A stretch of DNA of 64,000 bases, taken from assembly GCF_902459465.1 (NCBI RefSeq), contig NC_047080.1, positions 2,790,001-2,854,000 on the forward strand, read 5' to 3'. The notes under the pieces were generated by a model. That model searched no databases. It was not told where the DNA came from and was given only the letters and a program-made list of their open reading frames with translations. Shown in pieces: positions 48,601 to 62,100 of this stretch; within the stretch, counting starts at the first letter, position 1; every line of letters begins with the position of its first letter. Both the position numbers and the translations under genes were made by a program. This DNA is from Asterias rubens. Taxonomy: Eukaryota.

Positions 48601-49907
48601 TTTAAAACCGATGTTGAACTCAACATTTTGTAAAATTCACCCATAACTAGTTTCCTGTGTGATTTATTACTTGATCTTTGATTTAAATTTAATGTTTAAC
48701 GAGTATAAAGATACCATCTATTTTACCATAAATTAACGGTGAGAAGTTCGGGTCCAGCAGTTTCTGTATTTCGTACGAGTCGCACCCCAAAGCTAAAAAG
48801 GTAGCAATGATACTTCCAGCACTGCTACCTGCAAATCGTTTGATGTTCTTCATTAGACCCAACTCCTCAAATACCTGTTCGGAGAATGAGACGAATTAGG
48901 ACCATGTAGTACATTTGTTTATGCACTATAGTGAATTACTATAGTAGGCTATAGTATATATCGTGAAATATTGTCAGTTGCCGCTCAAATATTCTACATA
49001 TATTTTTGTTAATATTTATGTATAACCCTTTTTTATGTATTAAGTCAGACACACGCCAGACACACAAGGCCTGAAGTCCACTTCAAGGTGTCGGCTACAA
49101 TTTTTGTCCAGAGTCCGTTATCACCTATACTCCTAGGGCCATACGGATATAACGTTGTTCTCATCCATTTGTAATTCTTCAAAATTGTGAAATTGTTGAA
49201 AATCTAGACCTGGAAAGTGCCTCATTGTTTCGGAATTTCGAAACTTTGTCAAACTTCAAAGTGCCTGTTCTGCTCATTCTAAATTCTGTCAGCCTGGACA
49301 TCCTGCCGCCACCTTTACAATCTTTTTGAAAAACAATTACTCAAATAAGATACTGCTTTTTGTAAAAATGAGTGAACAAGTTGTGGAAGTTTTCCCGGGA
49401 AGTATTTCAACCTCGTACAGATAAGATTACAAATTCCTCCAGCTGTACTCTAACTCGTGTACGGGTTTACGTAACCAATCGCTATAGCTTTCTGCCTTTG
49501 TTCATTGCAGTTGGTTCTCCGGTTTGTTGCCGTAAACTTTTCCTACACCCTTCATATTTCATTTTGTGACTCCTTGTAGTTTGTTAACTAATAAACCTCT
49601 TGACCATTAATTCATTGGTCAACTTATATTCCATCGTTCGTCCGTCCAACCTCCCCTGGTAAACGCTACGATAACTTACCCGCACGACTCCAACGTACGA
49701 CAAGCCTTTACTCCCGCCTCCCTCCAGGGCTAGGTTCTCGAAAGGAAAGTCGATGCCTCTGAATTCTCGTTTCTCATCCTCTGTCAGAAGACTGGCTTTT
49801 GGCTCAACTAATTGTGTCTTTTTAGAAAACATGTTTGATGGAGGTTTGATGGGCTCTAACGTATACGTGAGTGAGTTAATGTGTATTTTTGATATGAGAT
49901 GTTTCAT
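42644..49907 (-). CDS. Patatin-like phospholipase with EF-hands, copy B (12 exons; exon 10 lesion, possible pseudogene or EF2-null variant)
   Basis: Exons 49907-49680, 48874-48727, 48401-48265, 48003-47868, 47411-47328, 46527-46397, 45414-45314, 45223-45076, 44693-44592, 44256(or cryptic 44297)-44103, 43514-43419, 42781-42644. NLALEGGGSKG, FAGSSAG, FVDGG intact; EF1 DADKSGSISKEE. Exon 10 is 154 nt versus 159 nt in A and C. Confidence 0.85.
46815..47260 (+). repeat. Dispersed repeat (DNA-element-like) shared with 53930-54385
   Basis: Shared blocks aatacctcag...gggggtgtttaaacgg and atgaatgggaataaaagag...gataaag; interiors differ. Confidence 0.7.
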
Positions 49908-52557
49908 TATAGAAGTCGCAATGACAACACTGCTGAGACCAGGCTTTATTTTGCATGAGAATAGTTGTTGCTCGCGGACAATTGGAGTTCAGCTTAAAGC
50001 TTAGTCGAGTTGATTGCGTAACTGTTGTAGAAAGTGCACATAGTAGAGAGCAAAGGCATTATTGCAAAGAGCATGGTCTATTCACCCAGATTGGACGATA
50101 GTAGGGAGGGGGGGGGTCTTTGCACACTACATTGGTTTCGCACACAACTTTCGCAAGAGATCACCTGCCATTCTTTTGTTGTTGGGCAACTACGTGTATA
50201 CCTTACATATTCTATCACACAGGTACATTCTTTCTATCACACAGGTACATTCCACAGGTAAACTAGAGATGATCCACCATGCAAAGTTTCAAATCCTATT
50301 TAGAGATGATCTTGCTTGTCGGTGAGCACAGCCATCTCATTTGATCTCCTTCCTACGTCATGTGATCTCCTTCGCTACGTTAATGGTGGCATGGTTTTGT
50401 GTGTAAAAGCGCTCACCTCTCACCAAGGTGACCCCGGTTCAATTCCCTGCCAGGGCCATCTGTGAGTTGAGTTGTGCGTTGGTTCTCTGCTGTGCCACGA
50501 GGGTTTTCCAGTTTTTCCGGTTTTCCTCCCTCGGGAACAATCAAACACTTTCGATCGTGGATGTGCTCCGTGGTCATAATGGGTTGATGAGGCTGGCAGC
50601 CAAAGGCGCCCTTGCATGCCTGCTTCTCGAACACGTTGTAGCCGCGTCCTTCACAATTCAGCTCTTAGCTGCGAGCATAGAGCAAGGAACGCGAGTAAGG
50701 ATGATTAGCCCCCAAATTATTTAAAAAAAAAATTATTATAATATAACACTTGACTCAAGTCCCAATCCCGTGCCAACGCCAGAAAACTATATTTTGACGG
50801 TGATGCGGTTGTTTGCTAGTTGGCGTGATAAGCTTTAATAGGGACCTCCCAAACGAGAACGGGATCAAATCTACGTCATAATGGATTCATAGAATCCCAA
50901 CAAACTTCGTTATTTGACTGCCGTTTAAAGGGAAGGTACAAGTTTGGTAAAAATATTAACTTATAAACTGACTTGGTTAACGAGCATGGATAGTATCAAT
51001 CATTGTGAGAAACAGCTCCCTCCGATCGTAGCATAGCTTTTGAGAAAGAAGTAATTTCTCACTAAAATAATATAAGACTTCTAGCTAGAAGTAATTTATT
51101 CCTATCTGAAAGCACACAAATTCCCATCAAGGGTTTTTTCTTTCATCTTTTTCTCGCAACTTCGATGACCAATTGAGCCCAAATTTTCACAGGCTTGTTA
51201 TTTTATGGTTGAAATGGGATACACCAAGTGAGAGCACTGGTCTTCGACAATTACAAAACGTGTACCTTCCCTGTAATTTAGTATTTTTGTCACCGAACTC
51301 AGGAACGTTCTGATACAGTGCTTATACACACTTTTAAAAGGATCAATTCAAGTAAACCCAAATCAATGTATTTTCCTCCACATGTTAAAATCAAGGCAAA
51401 TTTTCAGAAATTAAACAAAAAGGTTTTGGATCAAGTGCATTTTCAAATTTTTATTGCCGAATAAAGGCATAAACCCAATTTACTTTGCACAAGTGAAAAT
51501 AAATATTATTTTTTTTGACAGAGACAGAGAACCACTACGTTTAACACACACACAAGGTGTTAGCGTAAACATGTATTACGCGTAACAGACGAAAGATTAG
51601 AGTAGTAAAACCACAATAATAAAATTGAACTCAATATTATCCGAGGAAGTTAAATAAATTAATTTTGTAAACAAACTATATGAAGCAGTATTTATTCCCT
51701 GAATGGAAACTGCTTCGGGCGCCAGCTTACTCTACCGAAAGAAACTACGTCACATGTTTGCTACAAAATACAACTTGAAACACAAAAAGGGCTCTCAGTA
51801 AATTGTGCATCTTGTCGTTGCTTTTACGTCAATTCACATTTCAAATTGCCACGAGCAATTGCCGTAGGATTTTCTGTCGCTACAAGGGGGACAGATTGAA
51901 CTATTACAACTAAATAGTTTTAAAACAATATTTTAAAGGAACATGTTTCCCCAGCCGATACTAGTAAATAATATTAACGCATCTTGTTAAAATTTATGAA
52001 TAAACTATTATAATATTATTTTTCTTCTTAAGAGACTTGTAATCCGTTTTCGATGCTTAAAACACACTTTATATAATATCTCTTCGATCTCTTGACGATG
52101 ACAAGAGCAAGCTAGTCGAACAAACGTCACAGGAGACCAATTTAAGAACTCATTCCGTAAAATATAACGACCCTATAAGCTAAAATTGTAGACCCAGCCA
52201 ACTTTCTATTTCTTATCCGTCCGGAGTAGTTTATAAAACGCAGGACAGTTCTGTTTAGAACTGAGAAGTCTCCCGAACAATCCGATATCCGCGATGGTAG
52301 AATGAAGAAAGACAGTTCTTTAGAAAATAAAACTCTACCTAGCAAGTAGATACAAACATGGTATTACCGCAAACCAGATATTACACATAATATACATAAT
52401 TTTTTTCGACATAATTCCATTTTAAATATGGCAAGCCAAAAGTTATTAAACGCGTATAACCACGCACCCTTCGTAACTGAAAACAATAATATTGCTTCTC
52501 ATTTTGAAGAGAATACAAATAATTTCATTAAAATGATTTCATTGGATAAAAGTACAA

Positions 52558-52820
52558 TGACGTAAGCTTACCATTACTGTAATTTGATTGGTTAATAGAA
52601 ATGAATGTATGACGTAAGCTTCCCATTACTGTGATTTGATTGGTCCGAAGTGATGTTTGTAGGACGTAAGCTTACCATTAATGTAATTTGATCGGTTAGT
52701 AGAAATGAATGTATGACGTAAGCTTTGCATAACTGTTATTTGATTGGTCCAAACAAATATTTTTTTGACGTAAGCTTCCCCTTGTTCTGTGATTTGATTG
52801 GTCCCAACTGATGTTTGTCA
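52558..52820. repeat. 52-bp tandem array (5 units), each with TGACGTAAGCTT and TTTGATTGG
   Basis: Unit starts 52558, 52610, 52662, 52714, 52766. Confidence 0.95.
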
Positions 52821-53191
52821 GACGGTACTTTGAGTCGTCTGCATGCGGTATAAACTGTAATTATGACGTACATGTACCACAGAGCAAGGACCAACAGAGC
52901 AAGGACCAACTTTTCCTTGCCTGGTCCTTGCTCTAGGCTTGTACCTGCATGTAATGGTGTTTTATTAACGAGTAGAGGATTTGACTGCGTATCTCCACGG
53001 TGAAACAAGTGAAAGGTCAAAGGTGCATTTGGAAGGGAGTTGGCGTCAACCTCGTTCCCAGGGGTGACCGATCTCACCGCGCCATTTTTTCCCCAGCATG
53101 CCTTGGTCGATTACTGTTGCCGTTTCTCACGTGTGATTGGTCCGTTATTACCTTGGTCTTGGGTGTTTGCGTAATTCGTTGGTCTCTCTCT

Positions 53192-56100
53192 CTAACCTTC
53201 CTTGGGTTGTTTGCTGGTAGCCATGTACTCTCGCAGGAAGCTCAAAGTTGCTTGCTTTCCACACTGTTTTTGAGACCAAAGAAACTTCATAAGACACCAA
53301 TGTATTGATGCCAAGATGACGTTGCACACAATTATTACAAACACAAAGCAAACAGTGTTCTTTTTATAGACCTTACAATGGTGCTTTCTGCTATTGAAGG
53401 TTAAACCATGCAAGGGATGAAAACAATGTTTATCTTTGGGGGTGGGGGTGGGGTAAGTCTAGCACAAAAAAATCTTTGGCCGGTGTCCCAGGAAATTATA
53501 ATGGGCTGGAGGAGGATGATTAAAAAAAGGGCGCTAATAAGTTTGTACATAGTTGCCCTTCCCTTGAGGGGACCGAATCTCCGAAGGACAGAATAGACCT
53601 TATGCACATGACGTCATTTCAGCAGGGCGCCCTCACCTAGAAGTCAAAAGGAGGTTGTTCATTGGTCAATACTGTGCGCCGCGCGTACAAATCTGTGCGT
53701 TTCGATTGTTTCGTCACCGTTTTCCCTCTAAGATGGCGGCTGGATGACGTCAATGCATAAGGTCTATATCCAGGCACACCGGAGCCATTCTATCGCTACT
53801 ATTCTATGTGTTACTGGAAAACAGTACTTTGTGTGCACTATTCTTATTTATAATATACGTCTAATCCTGAAAACCATTTGTGAACATTCATTGTTCTACT
53901 TTTAGTTGGATCTGCTTCAATCTATATTCATAAATACCTCAGACAGTTTCGCTATTCCTATTGGTGGAGGGCGCGTCACCTGGGGGTGTTTAAACGGTTG
54001 ACAATGACCAGCTGGAGCTCTGTTTATTGACCCTATTCACCGGACGTCATCATCAGAATAATTCTGGATGCGCCATTTTGGTGGACAATGTCAACGTGTG
54101 TTATTCAGTGAAGTGCGCATTTTAGGCGACGCGGCGTTAACACGCAAATCTAATGACCACCAACCATAGATATATTTTTAAATACTTTAATATTATGCCT
54201 TTTAACCAAAAATGCATTTATGAATGGGAATAAAAGAGTTGGGACTCGTTCTTAAACGGCAGTTTAAAACTTTGCAGGGTCGCTGCCGTGCGATAAAGCC
54301 CGAGCCTAATGCGAGGGCCTTCATCACACGGCAGCGACCATGTCGGTTTTAATCGGCCGTTTAAGAACTCGTCGCTACCCTTTAATTATCTTAAATTAAT
54401 ACCTCCATGAGAAAAGTCTTATCGGCTGTCTCAAAATCAAAATCCAAAGTCTCCAAATACCTCGTGTTGATACCAATGGTGCGAGAGAAATCCGAACTCT
54501 GAAAAATAACAATTTAGTAGTCAGAAACACATGGAAAGCTGTGAATGGAGGTTGGACGGGGGGTACATAATCAGGGCCCAATTTCATAGAGCTGCTAAGC
54601 ACAAACATTGGCTTAGCATGAAATTTCTTCCTCGATAAAAACAGGATTATCAACCAAATTTCAACGTGATCTTAAGGATAAGCAAACTATTGCTGAATAC
54701 AAGTAACAAGCAATATGCAACAAATGAAAAATTTGTTGGTAATCCTGTTTTAATTAAGGAACAAATTTCACGCTAAGCAAATTTTTGTGCTTAGCAGCTC
54801 TATGAAATTGGGCCCAGGACTCATAGCAACACACACAGCTGGGTGTCACAGGGGAATCCGCCCCCCCCCCCCCTTCATACGGGAAACTATGAGCCTATTA
54901 AAGACACTGGACACCTTTGGTAATTGTAAAAGACCAGTCTCTCACTGGGTGTATCTCAACAGATGCACAATATACTAATAAACCCCTGACAATTTGAGCT
55001 CAATTGGTAGTAGAAGTTGCGAGAGAATAATAGAAGAAAAAACACTACCCTTGTTGCACAAATTCTGTGTGCTTTCAGATGCTCGAATTCGAGATTGTAG
55101 ATTATGTGCAATGGTCTATGTCTCCACCAAGCCACTGCTCTTTGGAGAAATTAGAGTGAAAAAAAAAGGTTGTACGACTTACAGTATTACCAGGGGCCAA
55201 TTTCATAGAGCTGCTTAAAGGCAGTGGACACTAATGGTAATTGTCAAAGACTAGCCTTCACAGTTGGTGTTTCTCAACATATGCATAAAATAACAAACCT
55301 GTGACAATTATTTGAGCTCAATCGGTCATCGGACTTGCGGGGTAATAATGAAAGAAAAAACACCCTTGTCTCACGAAGCTGTGTGCGTTTAGATGGTTGA
55401 TTTCGAGACCTCAAGTTCTAAATCTGAGGTCTCGAAATCAAATTCATGGAAAATTACTTTTTGCTCGAAAACTATGGCACTTCAGAGGGAGCCGATTCTC
55501 ACAGAGTCTTATACCATCAACCTCTCCCCAGTATTCGTCACCAAGAAAGGTTTTATGCGAATAATTATGTTGAGTAATTACCAATAGTGTCCACTGCCTT
55601 TAAGCAAAACAAATTAGTTAAGCACGAAAATAGCTTGCTTATTTTACACATGTTACAGCCCAAAGTTTCATGCCATATTCTTTGCTTGTGACTAGTATTG
55701 AGACAAGTATTTAGCTGTTGTCTTGGCCGACAATCAGAATTTGTTTGCTTAGGCAGAATTTTGTGCTTTTATGCATATGTTGAAATACACAAAGTGAGAA
55801 GATTGATCTTTGACAACTACCAATAGTGTTCACTGCCTTTAAAGGATTTGGGTACCTTTTCAAAATGTCCATAGATTTACATTAAACTTACAGGATTTGA
55901 AGATAATGATAGTGGAAAGCTTCCCTTCAAATATTACTTACTGAGGTGCTGTAGTTTTTGAGAAATGAGTAAAACAATGTCATGAAAATACGTTTGTAAA
56001 TGATTAAAATAATTTTCGTCTCATGAGACGAAAATTATTTTCATGACGGTGTTTTACTCGTTTCCCAAAAACTACAGCACCTCAGCACGTAATATTTTCA

Positions 56101-59100
56101 GGGAAGCTTTCTACTATCATTATCTTCGAACTGTGTAAGTTTAGTGTAAATCTGTGGACATTGTGTTTTTTGTCCTACAAAAGTTCTATAGACCCTTTAA
56201 GCAGCTCTATGAAATGGGGCCCAGCTCTCACAAGAGGGATTCACGACCATCCTCTTTAACAAAAAATTTTTAATCAACTACTCACTCTTGTCGTTACACG
56301 TTGCACATTGAGAAGCAAAGTATCGACTAGTGACCCGAGTAACTCGGTGATACCCTTGATCTCACGCCGTTCATATCCACTTAGATTCTGCAGTAAGTCC
56401 ACTCCTCGTCTGGCTCCTAGTTGGACAAGCTCTGTGTACTCAATCTGTTCTCATAAAACATAATTATGGTTATCAATATGTTATTGTTTGCAGATCAACA
56501 TTTTAATGGGACTTTTGTTATCGAACTGCTGCTGTTCACAATGATTATTTGTACTTTTCGAAATTAAGTTAAAGGCAGTGGACACTATTGGTAGTTGTCA
56601 AAGACTAGCCTTCATAGTTGGTGTATCTCAACATATACATAAAACAACAAACCTGTGAAATTTTGAGCTCAATCGGTCATCGAACTTGCGAGATATGGAT
56701 GAAAGAAAAAAACACTCTTGTCACACGAAGGTGTGTGCTTTTAGTCAAGTTCTAAATCTGAGGTTTCGAAATCAAATTCGTGGAAAATTACTTCTTTTTC
56801 GGAAACTATGGCACTTCAGAGGGTGCCGTTTCTCACAATGTTTTATACCATCAACCTCTCCCTATTACTGTCTTGTCACCAAGAAAGGTTTTATGCTAAT
56901 AATTATTTTGAGTAATTACCAATAGTGTCCACTGCCTTTAAGGAGAATGGACGAGAAGGTGTAGAAGGGCTTAAACACCCAGCAGGGTGGACACGTGAGC
57001 ATTACAAGACTTATTATTACTACTATTATTAATTATTTTTATTATTATTTTTTAGATTTGTGGATACAATGAACGACCCGAAAGCGAGTACATTGTATCT
57101 ACACTTTAGAATCTATTTTCTGTCAAACGACGTTTGGTAACGTTTCTGTTTTGCAAAGATTTTAAGCAGTTTTATAGTGCTTGCAACATTATCAAGTACC
57201 ATGTTTTGATCAGTTTTCAATCTTAAGGTTTTACTTAAAGTAAATTAATTAGCTGGGAAATGTTTTAAGAAACTGAAATAATAACTTGTCAGCTGTGTTT
57301 GCACATCATGATATCCTTCAATTTGGAAAGACTGTCATGTATTTCAAGTTGAGCTATCACTTTAGTTTGTAGATTCTACAGTTAAGAGTCGTTACATGTT
57401 TATAGTTTAGTGTAGATTCGTATACAGTTAAGTGTAGATTCATACAAGTAATCTTCAGTTTACTGTCAAAGGAATAGTTTAAAGCTGGGATATATATCTA
57501 GTTTCTTACCTCACCACTTCCATCGCTGTCGATCATGTCAAAAATAGCATCTGGGTTGTCCTTACACTCGAAGAGTAACAGTATGTCATCAGCAGTTAAT
57601 TTCCCTCTGTTCTGAAAATGAAAACAAACAAAGTTCAAATCTGCGAATGTCAAATGTTTTTTCAATGACATGCTCTATGCGCCAAGTTCCTTGGTTGTGA
57701 TCATTACAGTCACAAATATTCCCCAGATATGTCTCCATCTGCCCAATAGCAACAAGGAACACAGACTGAACAGTTTCAAACTTTGAGGCTCGTGAATTAC
57801 ACCAGTGATATTGCTTGAGCCTATACGTCAATTATACATTCATTTCACATAGAGAAAGGCTGTCAAATCCTATACGCGTAAACACTGGGTGCGTTCGTTT
57901 AGCTTTCCTGGGTCAACCCCGGTGTGTGGCGGTTTTTTCTTCCAGGACGAACGTGGGTAATTATCTGTACACGTTCGTCCTGGGAGAAAAACCGTCACAC
58001 ACCGGGGTCGACCCAGGGAAGCTAATTGAACGCACCCATTATGTAACACAAATGCACGTTGCTTGTGTAGACGACCGAAAGGGCAAGCTGACAAACTTTT
58101 TACCCCAGACCAATCAAAAACACAGATACCAAAAGCTATGTCACGTTTATCCAATGAAATCACTGGTTCTGTAAAACCAATACCTGTCTTTATCCTTGCG
58201 GAAAAATGCAAGGGGCCAGTCTACAAGCTATGATGGTTGTGTTACCTGTTGGAAGGATGTCCTGAACTCCTCTTTAGAAATAGAACCACTCTTATCGGCA
58301 TCAGCGCCGTTCAACATTGTCATCAGTCGGCTGACTGCTTCTTTAATATCACCCGTTGAGTTCTGTACTTTTTCATTTTTCTTTGCCATTTTCCTTCAAT
58401 CGGTAGGAAAAATAGAGCAGAAGTTTGAGAAAAGAAAGACAGTTTTAATAGACAGTAAGTTGAATGATAAGTGGAAAGCTTACCTGCTAAGTTTTGTGCT
58501 TGGGGTTGGGACTGGTTTCCCACCATACTTGGCGACCCTATTGTCAAGGACCGTTTTCATCGTGTCCTGCTCGCTGGTTGAGAACTAACAGATAGTAAAA
58601 CAGGAGTAAAATTAGTAAAATCAGACTCAACAAGAGAGAAAACCGATTTCAGACAGACGGGAGCACTGTCATTAGAAGCGCAAAGCCGAGGCAAGGTGGG
58701 AGAGGAAAAGAAAGAGCGGTATAAACACTTTTGACTTTTCAACTTGTACTTTATTGAATCACCAAAATTAACCCAGGTTACCAACTAAAAAGTAGTGCCA
58801 CACTTAGTTTTTCCTCAAGACATAACGTTGGAGGTCCATATTATATCAGCTCTAAAGGTCATGGCCGAGTGGTTAAGAGCATCGAAGTAAGAGCATCGAA
58901 TTCAAGTCCTGGTGCAGTCACCGGAGTGTGGGTTCGAATCCCGGTCGTGACACTTGTGTCGTTGAGCAAGATACTCTACTATAACTGCTTCTCTTCACCC
59001 AGGGGTATAAATGGGTACCTGCGAGGGTAGAGGTTGATATTGTGAATGAAAAAGCCTTTGGAGCGATACAAACTGTTGCCAAGGTTGTATAATCCCAAGG

Positions 59101-62100
59101 GAGCTGAGAAACATTAAAAGGGATGTTATTGTGAAATGCGCTATATAAGATTTTTTTTTTTTTTCCTGTTTTCCCTTTTTTCAGGCATGATGCACTGACC
59201 TACCTTTTCAGGGATATGGGGATAATGTGGTCTCGGAATATGCTAAAATTGTACAAAAAAGACCACTATATAAGTATTCAGTTTAAACCAGCACATTGTT
59301 GAGGCATGATGGGCTATACTCCAAAATAACTTTTCTTTCTAAAAGTCAACAATAAATGGCAATGGAAATACAAAGGAAGAAAGAAAGAAACGTAAACTAA
59401 TAACCTTACCACAAGAACTCCCAGTGTCTTGTCGTTCACTTCTCCGAAGCGTTCTGACTTGTCCCATTTCTTACTCGCATTGGTAAGATCGCCAAATCGA
59501 GCAAAGTAATTATCCTTCGGGTCCATGGATAAATACCAGCCTAGGAACAAGCAGAGACAGCTTACAAGTTAGTCTTGTTATGTATATTATGTAAATGACT
59601 CATATTTTTTTTTAAAGGGCGGCACAATATCAATTCTCAATATCGAGAATTACGGATTTATTTTAAACACATGTCATGACACGGCGAAAGGTGCGGAAAC
59701 AAAGGTGGGTTTTCCCGTTATTTTCTCCCGACTCCGATGACCGATTGAGCCTAAATTTTTAACAGGTTTGTTATTTCATATAGAAGTTGGGATACACAAA
59801 GTGTGGGCCTTGGACAATATTGTTTACCGAAAGTGTCCAATGGCTTTAAACTATAACTGATTTTGGTACAAGTTTTTAGTTATTACTATTAGTTATCGAC
59901 ATTTATTTATTTACTTCGGTTTGACTATTTTATCAAGTGCTACATAAATCGGTCTCATATATTGGTATACTTCAAAATCCTGTCTTTAGTACTTTGTATT
60001 AATTTCGGCCAATAATCAGACTCAAATAATTCTTAAAATCGTGATACCCACCATCAAAAACGTGGACCGGATAATTACACAAAAGACCGCCATCAACAAT
60101 GAAGCTATCCAGATACTTGACCGGACTCAAAATAACTGCAAGAAAGACAATTGAAATCAATGTGGAGGGCAAGACATTTATTTAATACTTATATTTTCAG
60201 TTCTATCTTTCAAAGATCAATCATTTCTGTCGAAACCTCTGACGGAATCGCTGTGCAAGTGGATTGGGGTTTTCCCTACATAGTCAACAGACCAGGGCCC
60301 AATTTCATAGAGCTGCTAAGCACAAAAATTTGCTTAGCATGAAATTTCTTCATTGGAAAAAACAGGACTACCAACCAATTCCACGTGATTTTAAGGATAA
60401 GTAAACAACAGCCGAAAACAAGCACCAAGCAATATGCAACAAATGGAAATTAGGTTGGTAATCCTTTTTTTTATCAGGGAAGCAATTTCATGCTAAGCAA
60501 TTTTTTGTGATTAGCAGCTTAGCGTCAAATTTTGTTTTAACTGTGCGATTTCCATTTCATAGCACTGATTACCGTACAGGCTTAAAGTCACCTGGAAGTG
60601 GTATTTTTTCAAAATAAAGCTTTTGTCACTAATATATTATGTGTCTTGATGAGTGGAATGTGAATAAACAGTTAACTAAGGTTTTAAAAATCAGTTCTTA
60701 TGTTATTTACAAATTAAGAGTAGACCCCGACCCGAGGGGGCGCTGTTCGTGACGTCAATCGAGGCAGACTTTGCCTGTAATGCGTAGAGTAAACACAATT
60801 GCAAAGTACATGTACGGACCAAGTCGTGAGTTTGTACGTTTAAAAAAAACAAAAAAAATGTTTTTTTCCGGCAATGCCGACCAGGTGTATTGCTGCTGAA
60901 TGCAGAAAAACACTTATTGAAATGTACCAACTCACGACTTGGACATACATGTACTTTGCACGTGTGTTTACTATACGCATTGCAGGCAAAGTCTGCCTAG
61001 ATTGACGTCACAAAAGGGGTAGGCGGAGTCAGCCCCCCAAACAACTTTATATATTTTTTAAACATATAAATCGTGAAAAACAATTACAAAAAAATTGTTT
61101 TATTGTTCGTAAGCATACACTCTTATGTTTGAAAGAAAAAAATTCTATTTCCAGGTGACTTTAAGCACGCGAAAAGGCGTGCTCGTCTTCCGAAAATAAA
61201 TGACGTCACAATGCAAATCCATGGCAAGCGCGCAACATGGCCGCCTAGTTTTTCTGTTAACCTGTGAAATACGCTTGCACCTTAGCAAATTTTCTGCTAC
61301 AGTAAGCACGAAAATTTGCTTACCGTTAAGCGCGCTATGAAATCAACCACATACGAAGGGCAGATTTCACAAATAATAGTTAAGACTGATCTTAACTTTG
61401 TGTGTCAATCTTAATTGCTTATCAAAGTGTGATGTCACAAAAATAGATCACTATGGTGATAGTGACAATACATCTTAAGACGAATCCAATATTATGCTTT
61501 GTGCAATCGTGCTTTATGCAAGTGTCGTGGCCGAGCGGTTAAGAGCACCGAATTCAAACTCTGGCGTTTCTGATTAGCAGAGTGTGGGTTCGAGTCCCAA
61601 GCCGTGACACTTGTGTCCTTAAGCAAGACACTTAACCATTGCTTCGTCCTCCTTCGAATGGGACGTAAAGCCGTTGGCCCATGTGTTGTGTAACGCATGT
61701 AAAGAACCCAGTCCACGTTATCAAAAAGAGAAGGGGTTCACCGCGGTGTTCCTGGCTGTTGCTGCTTTGCGCCGTAGCACCATGTAAACCCTAATAAGTT
61801 GCATCTTAATTGGGTCTCAGAATTCATCACTTCAATAACCTATCTTGAGTACCTTGTTGGTAGATACGTGAGCTATATAAGACTTCGATATTTATTGTTT
61901 ATATACCTTTATTTATATATAATTATTATTAAAACTGATAAGAGTTCCAGCAAATTAGTTTGAGAGTTAGTGAATCGAGAAAACCGTCACAAACTTTACC
62001 CGGGATCGAGCAAGAAGCCCTGGTAGCAAGGTAGATAGGCATATCTGGTGTTGTCTTAACATGGAAGTAAACGGTGTCCATCCTATTCAAATTGGCTGCT

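Noticed and set aside
42644-49907. Copy B as an anti-Lepore hybrid (5' half from A, 3' half from C) formed by unequal crossover
   Set aside because: B looks A-like in exons 4-5 only at protein level. At nucleotide level exon 4 is closer to C (19 differences) than to A (about 24 plus a 3-nt indel shared by B and C). Accelerated change in C plus local conversion explains the pattern better.
58858-58950. tRNA genes (also ~61525, ~50385, ~33050)
   Set aside because: A/B boxes are present but there is no complete cloverleaf, and each continues into a SINE body and tail found in several copies.
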